A stretch of DNA of 64,000 bases from Bacillota bacterium (GCA_023665365.1 JAMPEA010000003.1:26321-90320), one strand, 5' to 3'; counted from the first letter of the stretch, positions 45,795 to 55,036 are shown. Numbers and translations are program-made. The notes: generated by a model from the sequence alone, not told the origin.

Positions 45795-46140
45795 AAGTTC
45801 CTTTTGTATGCGATTATAATTTGTTTGTTGATTGTTATATATTTAGCGTCGTGTACTCTAAATAGAATGCCCCCTCTTTCCCTACGGGCTTTTCTCCCAC
45901 CACTCGAATAGGACGCTCCTCGTAGCTCGCTCTTTCTCTATTTAAGTATTCGTCGCTCGCGGGGGCGACAATCGGCGCGCGCACGTCGAGTATCGTCCCC
46001 TCATTATGCCACTCGTTCGCAGACCAAAAACAACACGGTCTGCTCACTTGTACTAATTCTGGTGCTTGGCACTCCCTTCCTCCGCGCCCTGCGCGTCGCA
46101 TTCTAAGCTTCGCAACAGCTATCTATTTTGTTTTGCGCGG
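45795..46140 (-). promoter_or_regulatory. Long G-rich structured 5' leader of trkA-trkH; candidate riboswitch (c-di-AMP/ydaO class is the hypothesis to test)
   Basis: About 345 nt lie between the upstream small ORF/yhbY and the trkA ATG with no credible ORF. The minus-strand RNA is purine/G-rich with several stems (GCAGACC...GGUCUGC; GCGACGCGCAGGGCGCGGAGGAAGGGAG; ACGAGGAGCGUCC; GUAGGGAAAGAGGGGGC). K+ transporter genes in Firmicutes are frequent c-di-AMP riboswitch targets. I could only match fragments of the ydaO consensus by eye. Confidence 0.3.
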
Positions 46141-46215
46141 TAGCAGGTGAAAAATCAAGCTAAGTCTTTGCGTTTGCCCGAATTAGGGCGAACGCGTGAC
46201 ATATGCGCCGATTTT

Positions 46216-46395
46216 TCACCAGTCCTCGCGGTGATTTATTTTCACGTCGTCGTAGTATTCAAAATACTTCTTTTTGTACTGCTGAGTTTGAGCGCGCTGT
46301 CGTTTGAGCTGTTCGCGCGCTTCGCGTTGCGCGGCAGTGGAGGGTTCGTCCTGCGGCTCGTTCTCGGGCGTTAGCTTTATTTTTTCGTAGTCCAT
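46216..46395 (-). CDS. Possible small charged protein (59 aa), below the ORF-track cutoff
   Basis: Own translation gives MDYEKIKLTPENEPQDEPSTAAQREAREQLKRQRAQTQQYKKKYFEYYDDVKINHREDW*. An AAGGA lies about 8 nt upstream. It sits 46 nt downstream of yhbY on the same strand. There is no homology support. Confidence 0.3.
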   Translation of the reverse strand: MDYEKIKLTPENEPQDEPSTAAQREAREQLKRQRAQTQQYKKKYFEYYDDVKINHREDW

Positions 46396-46441
46396 AGTTT
46401 GTCCTTACGCTTTTACTTTGCGTAAATAGCGCGATTGCATA

Positions 46442-46735
46442 CTAAATTTCGATATGCTCCACGTCGGCGCGCGAGCTTCTGCGATATATCACGAATTTGC
46501 TCCCGATGGCGGTCACGGGCTCGCAGTCGAGTGCGTCGCAGAGCAGGGACATACTTGACTTTGCGTCGAGGTCGCTGTTGCGAAGCACCGCAATTTTTAT
46601 GAGTTCGTGCAGTCCGAGCGCGCCGTCCACGTCCTTGATAAAATTGTCGTTTATGCCGTTTTTACCCACGTGGAATATCGGATTTAACGTCTGCGCCATC
46701 GAACGCAATTTTGCACGCTGTCCGCTTGTAATCAT
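46442..46735 (-). CDS. yhbY: Ribosome assembly RNA-binding protein YhbY (CRM domain)
   Basis: 97 aa with GQRAKLRSMAQTLNPIFHVGKNGINDNFIKDVDGALGLHELIKI, typical of YhbY. Confidence 0.88.
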   Translation of the reverse strand: MITSGQRAKLRSMAQTLNPIFHVGKNGINDNFIKDVDGALGLHELIKIAVLRNSDLDAKSSMSLLCDALDCEPVTAIGSKFVIYRRSSRADVEHIEI

Positions 46736-46887
46736 AAACGTTGCTCCTTTTTTTAATTTTGAATTTTTAGTTCTGCACGGCGATAATTTTAATTAGCATG
46801 GTGCAAAGCGAGCGATTTTGCGATAATATCGAGGCAAACGATCGCTTTAAGACGCGCTATTGAGATTATCGCCGTGTTATATAATAA

Positions 46888-46914
46888 CACGATTGCATTT
46901 AGAATGCAATCGTG
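46888..46914 (-). terminator. Hairpin downstream of potD
   Basis: Perfect 11-bp stem CACGATTGCAT-TTAGA-ATGCAATCGTG, followed by a U-rich tract on the minus strand. Confidence 0.5.
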
Positions 46915-46968
46915 CGAGAGTAAATTGTATTTTAAACGTAAATGCGATACGCAGGGCGCAGGAGCGGG

Positions 46969-48489
46969 CTATGCTTGCTCGCGCGTTTCTAAATCCGTAT
47001 CTTTTATTTTCCTCGGGCGGAGTTTGAGCGCCTGCGCAAGATAATATCCGCCGACTGCAACGCCTATTGCGAGCACGACTGCAAGCAGACACCACCATAG
47101 AGCATGGGATACGCCTTTGCCCGATTTTGCGCGTTGCCACATCTGTACTACGGCATCGTTTTTTTCGCCGAAGTCGCGCATAACGCCGAGGGTATCGTCA
47201 ATCTCGGGGTATCTGCGCTCGTCTGCAAAGTATTCGGATACGTCGTACAAAATTACGTTGCCGTCGTTGTCCACCTCAAAAGGCTTGCCGTCCTCGTCGT
47301 AGGAGTAGCTTTCGACGATAAAATCGCAAACGTCCTCGTCCTCGCTCAGCAAATCCCTTGCCACGGCGGAGGTGTAGCCGACTTCCATAGAGTTGCGAAT
47401 TCCGTTTATTGGGTTGCACATATATTCGATAAACATCATCGCGGCGAGCTTGTTTTTGACCGTCTTTGGAATCACCCAGCCGTCGTACCATATGTTGCTT
47501 GCAATCGGCGGGACGTAATAATCGAGCTGATAGGTGTCGGTGTCCTCGTCGTAGTCGCCCTCCTCGATTGCGAACATTGCGTCGCCGCTCCATGCGAGGT
47601 CTGCGTAGACGATTTCGTTGACCATATCGTCCTTGCCGAAGTCCACCTCGTAGCCGGATATGTGTTCGCGCTGTTCGGTGAGTACGCGCTCGGCGGCTTC
47701 GAGCATAACGTCGTCGGTGCAGTTGATGAGGTCCTGTACGGTGGCGTTCTCGTAGCCGTCGGGGAGCAGACCGTATTCGTACATATAGAATATCGCGGCG
47801 GCGTAACTGTCGCGCACGCTGTCCTTCATCAGAATTTTGTTTTCGAGCTTCTTATTGTTTTGCACGTTCCAAAGCACGCCCCAGCCGTATTCTTCGAGTT
47901 CCTCCTGCGAGACTACGCTCGTATTATACAGTATCCCGAGCGTCCCGTAGAAGTAGGGCACCATATAATTCGTCATATCGTAAGTATTGCCGTTTCCGTC
48001 ATCTAACCCACTGAAAATGCCTTTTACAGCGTCTATGACGCTCGGCTCGATATTGCCGTAGCCGTCGGGATTTATACTGCTCATTCCGCTTAGAGTAATG
48101 TCGTACTGTTCGAGTTGAGGCTTAATTTGTTCGTATATATCGAGGTGGTTTTCAAGACAGCCCGCGAGCATGAGTTTTTGTATGGAATACTCCGACGGAC
48201 ATATCAAATCGACGTTCGCGTCGTTTTTGAGGACCTTTGTCATCATCGTCTCGTTTGTGTCGTAGGTGGTGTAGGTTATATCGAGCGAGCGTCCGGTGAC
48301 CTCTTTATAATAGTCCGCAAAGTCGTCGCACATATTTAGGTCGATATAGTCCTCCCAGTTGTATATGACAAGCCTGTCGGTTGCGCCCGCTTCGCCTTTG
48401 TTGCAGGCGGCGAGGGTAGGAAGAAGCAGACACGCAAATAGCGCAATAAGCGAGGAAAGCAGAGCGGTTTTTTTAGTGATTTTTTTCAT
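46969..48489 (-). CDS. potD: Spermidine/putrescine ABC transporter substrate-binding lipoprotein with extra C-terminal TM helix
   Basis: The ATG at 48489 overlaps the potC stop (ATGA) and gives MKKITKKTALLSSLIALFACLLLPTLAACN, a lipobox. The PotD-type LVIYNWEDYID motif is present. The C-terminus ALWWCLLAVVLAIGVAVGGYYLA is hydrophobic. The track start at 48597 lies inside potC. Confidence 0.85.
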   Translation of the reverse strand: MKKITKKTALLSSLIALFACLLLPTLAACNKGEAGATDRLVIYNWEDYIDLNMCDDFADYYKEVTGRSLDITYTTYDTNETMMTKVLKNDANVDLICPSEYSIQKLMLAGCLENHLDIYEQIKPQLEQYDITLSGMSSINPDGYGNIEPSVIDAVKGIFSGLDDGNGNTYDMTNYMVPYFYGTLGILYNTSVVSQEELEEYGWGVLWNVQNNKKLENKILMKDSVRDSYAAAIFYMYEYGLLPDGYENATVQDLINCTDDVMLEAAERVLTEQREHISGYEVDFGKDDMVNEIVYADLAWSGDAMFAIEEGDYDEDTDTYQLDYYVPPIASNIWYDGWVIPKTVKNKLAAMMFIEYMCNPINGIRNSMEVGYTSAVARDLLSEDEDVCDFIVESYSYDEDGKPFEVDNDGNVILYDVSEYFADERRYPEIDDTLGVMRDFGEKNDAVVQMWQRAKSGKGVSHALWWCLLAVVLAIGVAVGGYYLAQALKLRPRKIKDTDLETREQA

Positions 48490-49307
48490 TTTGCGCCCTC
48501 CCTGTCCTTTTTCTTTTGCTTGCTGATTTTGACGAGGTTTATCGACAGCACGAGCGCAAGCACCGCTACGAAGATTATGCTGAATATCGCATACCAAAAC
48601 GGCTCCAAGCCCTGCACGCGCGCGTCTGAGTATATGTAGGTGGAAAGCGTGTTTATGCCCGTTGCCGCGCCCTTGTTGATTTGGGTGATAATGAAGTCGT
48701 CCATCGACATTATAAACGCCATAGCAAAGCCGCTTACGATGCCGGGGGTGATGATGGGTATCATAACCTTAGTAAGCGCTTTAAAGGGATTTGCGCCGAG
48801 GTCGAGTGCGGCTTCGTAGATGTTGGCGTCCATGGATTCGAGTTTAGGCAGGACGTTGAGCACTACATAGGGAGTGCAGAACGCGATATGAGCGATTATC
48901 AACCTCAAATATCCCTCGGGGAATGCGAACGTCACGAAGAACACCATAAGCGATACCGCCATGACGATTTCGCTGTTGATGATGGGGAACTGATTTACGT
49001 TTTCGACAACTCTGCGCATGCGTTTGCCGAGGTGGAATATTCCGATTGAGGCAAACGTACCCATAACCGTTGCGATAATCGACGACACAGACGCGATGAG
49101 AACCGTGTTGCCGATAGCTCGCCAGAGGTCGGGGGATTTGTCGGAAGTGAATATCGCAAGATACGCCTTGAAGTTGAAGCCTTGGTCGAAGTTGAAGTTG
49201 GAGCTGTTTGAAAACGAGTATATTATAAGCAATATAATCGGCGCGTAAAGTATGGCGAGTATGACGAAGAGATACGCTTTTTCAAAGAAACCTTTTATCT
49301 TTACCAT
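48486..49307 (-). CDS. potC: Spermidine/putrescine ABC transporter permease PotC
   Basis: 273 aa with 6 TM helices and an EAA-like loop (YEAALDLGANPFKALTKVMIP). Confidence 0.9.
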   Translation of the reverse strand: MVKIKGFFEKAYLFVILAILYAPIILLIIYSFSNSSNFNFDQGFNFKAYLAIFTSDKSPDLWRAIGNTVLIASVSSIIATVMGTFASIGIFHLGKRMRRVVENVNQFPIINSEIVMAVSLMVFFVTFAFPEGYLRLIIAHIAFCTPYVVLNVLPKLESMDANIYEAALDLGANPFKALTKVMIPIITPGIVSGFAMAFIMSMDDFIITQINKGAATGINTLSTYIYSDARVQGLEPFWYAIFSIIFVAVLALVLSINLVKISKQKKKDREGAK

Positions 49308-50104
49308 AACGACCTCCTTGCCGCGTTGCCTTGGCGGTTGAACTTGTTCATAATAAAGTTGGACAGAAGCACGAAAATGAGCATAACTATACTCATAATC
49401 GAGCCCACTCCGTACATGCCTTGCTCGAAACTCAGTTGAATAGAATCACCGAAAAGGAAGATTTTGCCGTTTGAAAGCAGTTGCGAAATGGCGTAGGTCG
49501 AAATGGTTGGGATAAATACCATTGTGATGCCGCTTATAATGCCGCTCACCGACAGCGGCAGGGTGGTTTTGACAAATACGGTAGCCCTGTCCGCGCCGAG
49601 GTCCTGCGCGGCTTCCGCATAGCTTTTGTCTATGCTCGAAAGGGTTGTGTGCAGGGGCATAATCATAAACGGAAGATAGTTGTAGACCATGCCGAATATG
49701 ACCGTGCCCATGCCGAGTTCCACGCCCATTGCGATGAAGATAGCCTTTGTCGCAAGCGTGCGAATGAGGAAGTTTACTCCCATCGGAATGAGATAGAGAA
49801 GCACGATGATTTTCCCGCTACTCATCTTTGAGAGTATGTACGCCACGGGATAGCCTATCACGAGGCAGAGCAGCGTCGTAATTATGCCTACGAGCAGGGA
49901 ATTCCCAAGCACCGTGAGGCTCGCAGACGATGAGAAAAACACTTTGAAGTTGTCAAACGTCAGATTGTTTTGACTGTCGAGAAAGGCGTTTACGAGAATG
50001 AGCACCAGCGGAATTATCACAAACAGCAATAAAAACAGCATATAGGGCACACTGAACGCTTTTTTCGTCAGGCGAAAGGGCTTGCGTTTTAGGGTTGCTT
50101 TCAC
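49301..50104 (-). CDS. potB: Spermidine/putrescine ABC transporter permease PotB
   Basis: 267 aa with an EAA loop ([22 protein letters not shown]). It overlaps both potA and potC. Confidence 0.9.
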   Translation of the reverse strand: MKATLKRKPFRLTKKAFSVPYMLFLLLFVIIPLVLILVNAFLDSQNNLTFDNFKVFFSSSASLTVLGNSLLVGIITTLLCLVIGYPVAYILSKMSSGKIIVLLYLIPMGVNFLIRTLATKAIFIAMGVELGMGTVIFGMVYNYLPFMIMPLHTTLSSIDKSYAEAAQDLGADRATVFVKTTLPLSVSGIISGITMVFIPTISTYAISQLLSNGKIFLFGDSIQLSFEQGMYGVGSIMSIVMLIFVLLSNFIMNKFNRQGNAARRSLW

Positions 50105-51726
50105 TCTTGCGTGTCCTCCTTGTCGTCGTTAGTTTCGGCGTTTAATACACCCGCGAAGTTGTCGTCGGCTTCGAGTTTGGCGATTTCGTCTGTCAAAACG
50201 ATTTCCTCTTCCTCGCGGTCGTACTCGTTTAAAGTCTCGTCCTCTACTACGGTTTCTACTGGCTTTTCGTCCTCCTCGCGCCTTTCGATGATAATCTTTT
50301 CGGGCGCGATTTTGATGCCTACGCGGTCGCCTTTGAGCCACTCGTAATCGGTATCTGCAAAGAAGTTGTAGTGGTCGTCGGCGGAGAGTATCGCTTGATA
50401 GTAACTGCCTTTGTATATGGACGAAAGCACGTTTGCGCCGATTTGTCCGTCCTCCTCGTCGTCGGTGATTTCCACGTCGTCGAAATCCACCTGCACCTTG
50501 ACGGGAGTGCCGACGGGCAGGTCGGTGATACAAGCGAAATCCTCTCCGCAAATCTCGACGAGGTTCTCGCCCGTGATATAGGTGTCGATTTCGTTGATGA
50601 TGCGCGTCTTGTGCATTATGTGCAGGTCAAACGGCTTGATATAAAGTCCGACAACGTCATCCGCGTCGTAGGACTCCGTGTCGTGCGCGACGAGCTCGTT
50701 TCCGCCGGCAAGCATTGTCACTTGATAGTGGTCGCCTTTGAAAACGGAGGAGAGCACCGTCGCCGAGATGAGCGCCTTTTGGTCGTCCTTGTCGAGGATT
50801 TTCAAGTCCTCGGGGCGGATTATGACGTCGATAGGCTCGTTCTTTTTGAAGCCCTTATCCACGCACTCGAAAACGGTGTCGCAAAACTCCACCTTGAAGT
50901 CGTCGAGCATAACGCCAGAGAGTATCGTGCTTTCGCCGATGAAGTCGGCAACGAACGCGTTTGCGGGCTCGTCGTAAATCTTTTCGGGGGAGGCTATTTG
51001 CTGTATCTCGCCAAGGCGCATAACTACTATTTTATCGGACATCGTGAGCGCTTCCTCTTGGTCGTGCGTGACGTAGATAAAGGTGATGCCGAGGCGCTTG
51101 TGCATATCCATAAGTTCGAGTTGCATATCCTTACGCATTTTGAGGTCGAGCGCGCCGAGCGGCTCGTCGAGCAAAAGCACCTTAGGCTCGTTTACGAGCG
51201 CGCGGGCAATCGCTACGCGCTGTTGCTGTCCGCCCGAAAGCGAAGCGACGTTGCGGTGACCGTAGTCTTCGAGGTCAACCATTTTAAGGGCGTTGTCAAC
51301 CTTCTCTTTTATTTCGTCCTTGGTGTACTTTCTGAAAAGCTGAACGGCTTCGCCCTTGCGATTTTTCTTTGTGCCGTTGGGAATGGTTTTCAGTTTGAGC
51401 CCGAACGCGATATTGTTAAACACGTTGAGGTGAGGGAAGAGCGCGTACTTTTGAAACACCGTGTTGACCTGTCTAAGGTGGGGCGGAAGGTTGGTTATAT
51501 CCTGCCCGTCAAAGATAATCTGCCCGCTTGTAGGCATCTCGAAGCCCGCAATCATACGAAGCGTCGTAGTCTTTCCGCAACCGCTCGGACCGAGCAAAGT
51601 CACAAACTCGCCGCGCTTAATGGAGAGGCTTGCGTTTTTGACGACAGTCTTGTCGTCGTACGTCTTGTAGACGTTTTTGAGTTCGATGATGTTGTCAACG
51701 TTGTTTTTGTCAATCATAGTCGGCAC
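50101..51726 (-). CDS. potA: Spermidine/putrescine import ATP-binding protein PotA, extended form (duplicated C-terminal domain + acidic tail)
   Basis: 541 aa with [35 protein letters not shown] and VTHDQEEA. Two TOBE-like segments follow ([17 protein letters not shown]..., [17 protein letters not shown]...), then a Glu/Asp-rich tail. Confidence 0.92.
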   Translation of the reverse strand: MPTMIDKNNVDNIIELKNVYKTYDDKTVVKNASLSIKRGEFVTLLGPSGCGKTTTLRMIAGFEMPTSGQIIFDGQDITNLPPHLRQVNTVFQKYALFPHLNVFNNIAFGLKLKTIPNGTKKNRKGEAVQLFRKYTKDEIKEKVDNALKMVDLEDYGHRNVASLSGGQQQRVAIARALVNEPKVLLLDEPLGALDLKMRKDMQLELMDMHKRLGITFIYVTHDQEEALTMSDKIVVMRLGEIQQIASPEKIYDEPANAFVADFIGESTILSGVMLDDFKVEFCDTVFECVDKGFKKNEPIDVIIRPEDLKILDKDDQKALISATVLSSVFKGDHYQVTMLAGGNELVAHDTESYDADDVVGLYIKPFDLHIMHKTRIINEIDTYITGENLVEICGEDFACITDLPVGTPVKVQVDFDDVEITDDEEDGQIGANVLSSIYKGSYYQAILSADDHYNFFADTDYEWLKGDRVGIKIAPEKIIIERREEDEKPVETVVEDETLNEYDREEEEIVLTDEIAKLEADDNFAGVLNAETNDDKEDTQE

Positions 51727-51826
51727 ATATCCTTTTGTTTATTTTGTTTATTATCTATATCTGTTTGCAAGCATTGTATATAAATTTCATTTTCTGCCAC
51801 TCGCGCGAAGCGCATCATATCATTTC

Positions 51827-51857
51827 CAAAAAGTGGGAATTGACTTCCCGCTTTTTG
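51827..51857 (+). repeat. R2 repeat family hairpin
   Basis: CAAAAAGTGGGAATTGACTTCCCGCTTTTTG, between the XRE-cupin regulator and potA. It shares the ATTGACTTCCC core with the copy at 30932. Confidence 0.7.
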
Positions 51858-51974
51858 TGCCGCCAGACGATTGCGCTCGAAGTGAGCCTTGCAAAACTAA
51901 ACTACATATTTGACGTTATGTATATTTTTGCAAGCGAGCGTACCGTGCTTGCACGGGGCGACACTCGGCGCAAA

Positions 51975-52508
51975 TTAAAAAGTCGGCGGCGAGGCTACCC
52001 ACAATATCACCGCTTTCTCGGCGGTGCGGTTTTCTATGCGATGCACCTTGCTCGACGAAAAGTAGAACGCCTCGCCTTTTTTGACGGAGTAGGCGGCTTT
52101 GCCGAGGTGCAGCCATATCGAGCCTTTCAGCACGTAGCCGAACTCGTCGCCCTCGTGCGGCACGTCCTCTTCGAGTATGGCGTGCGGCTCTATCGTCACG
52201 CGGATTGGCTCCATTTCGTTTTTCTGCGCGTTGGGGACAAGCCATTCGATAGTGTGACCGTCGGCGACCTTCTCGATGAACTCGGCTTCGGTGAACACGA
52301 TTTTCTCGTCCTTTTCGTCGCTGAAAAATTCCGCAGGGGTAGTGCCGAGCGCGTTTAAAATGTCTTCGAGCGTGGCGATAGAGGGCGAAGTCAGTTCGTT
52401 TTCAAGCTGGGATATATATCCCTTTGTAAGTTCGCACCTGTCGGCAAGCTCTTCCTGCGTGAGATTGTTGCGCAGTCTAAGGCGTTTGATTTTGATACCG
52501 AGTTCCAT
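51975..52508 (-). CDS. XRE-family HTH + cupin transcriptional regulator (PuuR-like), likely pot operon regulator
   Basis: The ATG at 52508 follows GAGGTG, whereas the track start at 52523 is GTG. The HTH is LTQEELADRCELTKGYISQLENE. The C-terminal cupin region is GDEFGYVLKGSIWLHLG...GEAFYF. Confidence 0.85.
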   Translation of the reverse strand: MELGIKIKRLRLRNNLTQEELADRCELTKGYISQLENELTSPSIATLEDILNALGTTPAEFFSDEKDEKIVFTEAEFIEKVADGHTIEWLVPNAQKNEMEPIRVTIEPHAILEEDVPHEGDEFGYVLKGSIWLHLGKAAYSVKKGEAFYFSSSKVHRIENRTAEKAVILWVASPPTF

Positions 52509-52548
52509 ATACACCTCAAACACGAAACGTGTTTTTTGTTTACCTCAT

Positions 52549-52637
52549 CTAAACTTTTGCGGCGGTTTAGGCAAAAATGACGCGCGGTTTAGAAAGTTTC
52601 GGAATTTTAATCAAAAAGTTTAGCAAAACTAAACTTT
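52549..52637. promoter_or_regulatory. Operator-like array of CTAAACTTT/AAAGTTTAG motifs upstream of the XRE-cupin regulator
   Basis: CTAAACTTT occurs at 52549-52557 and GTTTAG at 52565-52570. GTTTAGAAAGTTT spans 52587-52599. The perfect palindrome AAAGTTTAG-CAAAA-CTAAACTTT spans 52615-52637. Confidence 0.4.
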
Positions 52638-52805
52638 TATCTTAATTGAAAGCATTATATACACGCATACGCACGCGTGTCAAGAATATTGTATAAATTT
52701 TTTCGACAAATTTTTTTTGAAAAAATATTGCGATTAGCCAATTACAGTTGGCTAAATATTTTTGTGACTAATTTATAATGCAATTACAAAAAATTGGAGG
52801 TAATT

Positions 52806-53033
52806 ATGATTTGCGGAGAGAATACTTACAAAGTGATTGTTAAACTTTGTGAGGACAGAGGATTAAGTGTATCAAAGTTAGCCAAGATATGCGGAATGAA
52901 TAAAAGGTCAATTTACAATATCAAATATTTTGTAAAAGTGAAAATTACAACAATACTTAAAATTTGCCAAGGCTTGGAAATTAGCACACAGGAGTTTTTT
53001 AACAATCCGATTTTCGCCGAGCCAATGGCTTGA
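52806..53033 (+). CDS. Small HTH (XRE-like) protein
   Basis: The ATG at 52806 lies 5 nt after GGAGG, and the TTG start in the track overlaps that RBS. The sequence LCEDRGLSVSKLAKICGMNKRSIYNIK...KICQGLEISTQEFF fits an HTH. The gene is AT-rich. Confidence 0.55.
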   Translation: MICGENTYKVIVKLCEDRGLSVSKLAKICGMNKRSIYNIKYFVKVKITTILKICQGLEISTQEFFNNPIFAEPMA

Positions 53034-53113
53034 CATAAAGTTCTGTGTCATAGAGAGTAAATTTTTGCTTTGTCGATAATTGACTTTGAGGTATATATTG
53101 CTATAATTTACTT

Positions 53114-55036
53114 ATGAGCTATTTTATAGTATTGTTATTTGTTTTGTTAGTCGGCGTGGATTTGGCGTATCTGTTTAAACGCGGGTTTGGACAGACTGCC
53201 GCGCTTACGAATTTCATCTTGATTTTTATGCTGTATCTCGGCGGACTGTTTTTAAATCTGAGGATTGCGGCATACGTGTTTTTGATATGCGCGGTTCTGC
53301 TTACGGGGTTCGTAGGGTACAAGGTTGTGCGCAACAAGGACTTGGACGGAATTAGAACGGTTGTGATAAACCCTGCGTTTTACATATACGCGATTATCGG
53401 ATTTGCGTTGGGCTTTATCTTTTTGAGATACGAGACTTCTTTCACGGACGAGTTTTCGCATTGGGCGTTGGTTTCCAAAAATATGTTTTTGCACGACAAC
53501 TTCGGCAATGTCGGCGACGTGACTACAATGTTCAACCAGTACGTTCCCGCGACGGGGATATTTATGTACGCGTTTCAGATTTTCGGCAGCGAGTTTTCAA
53601 ACGGAGCGCTATACAGTGCGTTTAATCTGCTGTTATTGTCCCTGCTTTTGCCGATTATCGAAAGATTTGACAAGAAAGTCACTTGGGTTGCGATTTTATT
53701 TACCGTTTTGACGCTTGCGCTTCCCGTCGCGTTTAAGGCAAGCGTGTATATGACGCTTATGGTTGACCCGCTGCTTGCGATACTTTGCGCATACATATAT
53801 CTTTCATACTCGCTCGACAAGGGCAGGTCGGACGGCTTTACGATTATAAATATCTCGCTTGCGTGCCTTGTGATTACACTTACAAAATCGTCGGGCTTGG
53901 CGTTTGGGATTTTCGGCATTATATTTATCTTCATCGACGCGCTTACTCGCGGGAGAGAGGGACTTAAAACTTTCTTCTCAAACAAAATAAATTTCGCGCT
54001 TGTGCTTTTGCCCGTCGTGCTTATTGCGTTTGCAAAGCTGTCTTGGTCGTGGTATGTGGATTTTTACAACGTGCGCGCCGGTTGGGAAACGGGCGAGATG
54101 ACCCTTGCAAATATCTTGGAATGGATTAAAAATGCCAATCCTTATCAAAGCGCGGTCACGGCAAGGTTTTTCAAAAACTTCTTCGTAGGGAGCATAAAAT
54201 ACGACGGCGGATTGCAACTGCCTCAAATTTTGGTGCTTGCGGTTATCGCGGGTATAAACGTTTTATTTGGTTTCCGTACCAAAAATAAGGCGTTTGCCAT
54301 TACGCAAGGCGTGGTCATGTACGTTATGGTCATCGGCTATGGACTTGTGCTGTTGCTGATGTATCTGTTCAGCTTTTCGTACAGGGAAGGGCTTGCGCTT
54401 GCGTCCTATCCGCGATACAACATATCAATGATGCTTTCTATCGTGCTCGTATTCCTCTATCAGTTTGCTGAGCTGTACGGCGTAGGGTGGAGCGAAAAAG
54501 ACCACGGATGCAACAATCGAGAAACCCGCAAGAGATTGGTTAAACTCACTCACGCTAAATTCGTATCCGTCGCGGCGGTGCTGGCGGTGGCGTTTATTAT
54601 CGGCGGATTGGTGTACGACCAAAGCAAGCTCACAAGCCCCTATGACGTTTGGCGCGAGACGCTTGCTACGCTAAACCCGTCCGAGGATAGCGTTTATATC
54701 GTTGTCACCGACGAGGACGTCGAAGCGCAGTCGCAGGTATATATCCGTATGCGCTTTTACGCCACGCCGTTGCAGGCTTCGGGTTACTTGGAGGGCGGCT
54801 CGTACGCTGAGGGCAGAGACGCCCAAGTTTGTTGGACTGGCAATCCGTTTTCTATGAAATTATCCGTGGATGAGCTGGCGCAGGAAATGTCAAGCTATAC
54901 GCACGTCTATCTGCACGACGTGTGGGCGGAGTTCGAGGACAAGTACGGCGAACTGTTTGCAAGCCCTATCGAGGACGATACGCTGTACGAAATCACCTAC
55001 GACGGCGGAAATCTAAAACTCGTAAAAGCGCAATAG
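53114..55036 (+). CDS. Polytopic membrane protein (about 12+ TM) with C-terminal soluble domain; possible GT-C-type glycosyltransferase
   Basis: 640 aa with many hydrophobic helices. An acidic loop motif (FTDEFSHW) follows the early TM helices, as in GT-C enzymes. The functional call is weak. Confidence 0.55.
   Translation: MSYFIVLLFVLLVGVDLAYLFKRGFGQTAALTNFILIFMLYLGGLFLNLRIAAYVFLICAVLLTGFVGYKVVRNKDLDGIRTVVINPAFYIYAIIGFALGFIFLRYETSFTDEFSHWALVSKNMFLHDNFGNVGDVTTMFNQYVPATGIFMYAFQIFGSEFSNGALYSAFNLLLLSLLLPIIERFDKKVTWVAILFTVLTLALPVAFKASVYMTLMVDPLLAILCAYIYLSYSLDKGRSDGFTIINISLACLVITLTKSSGLAFGIFGIIFIFIDALTRGREGLKTFFSNKINFALVLLPVVLIAFAKLSWSWYVDFYNVRAGWETGEMTLANILEWIKNANPYQSAVTARFFKNFFVGSIKYDGGLQLPQILVLAVIAGINVLFGFRTKNKAFAITQGVVMYVMVIGYGLVLLLMYLFSFSYREGLALASYPRYNISMMLSIVLVFLYQFAELYGVGWSEKDHGCNNRETRKRLVKLTHAKFVSVAAVLAVAFIIGGLVYDQSKLTSPYDVWRETLATLNPSEDSVYIVVTDEDVEAQSQVYIRMRFYATPLQASGYLEGGSYAEGRDAQVCWTGNPFSMKLSVDELAQEMSSYTHVYLHDVWAEFEDKYGELFASPIEDDTLYEITYDGGNLKLVKAQ

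Noticed and set aside
45840-46140. tmRNA, RNase P or SRP RNA in the trkA upstream region (minus-strand GGGGACGAUACUCGAC resembles a tmRNA 5' end)
   Set aside because: No tRNA-like 3' end (GGUUCGAnUCC...CCA) is present, and there is no tag ORF. The segment is too short for tmRNA. No RNase P (GAGGAAAGUCC) or SRP (GGAAGCAGCC-type) core is present.
46147-46374. 75-aa plus-strand ORF (non-ATG start)
   Set aside because: It has no RBS and overlaps the more plausible minus-strand 59-aa ORF. All neighbouring genes are on the minus strand.
47104-48006. 300-aa plus-strand ORF overlapping potD, and similar antisense ORFs at 44334..45185, 4027..4926, 10585..11406 and 16242..16985
   Set aside because: All lie opposite well-supported genes (potD, trkA, mcsB, pgi, queA) and show the Val/Arg/His-rich pattern of antisense frames.
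50371-51783. 470-aa plus-strand ORF overlapping potA
   Set aside because: It is antisense to a canonical ABC ATPase with all motifs, and its own translation has no recognisable domain.
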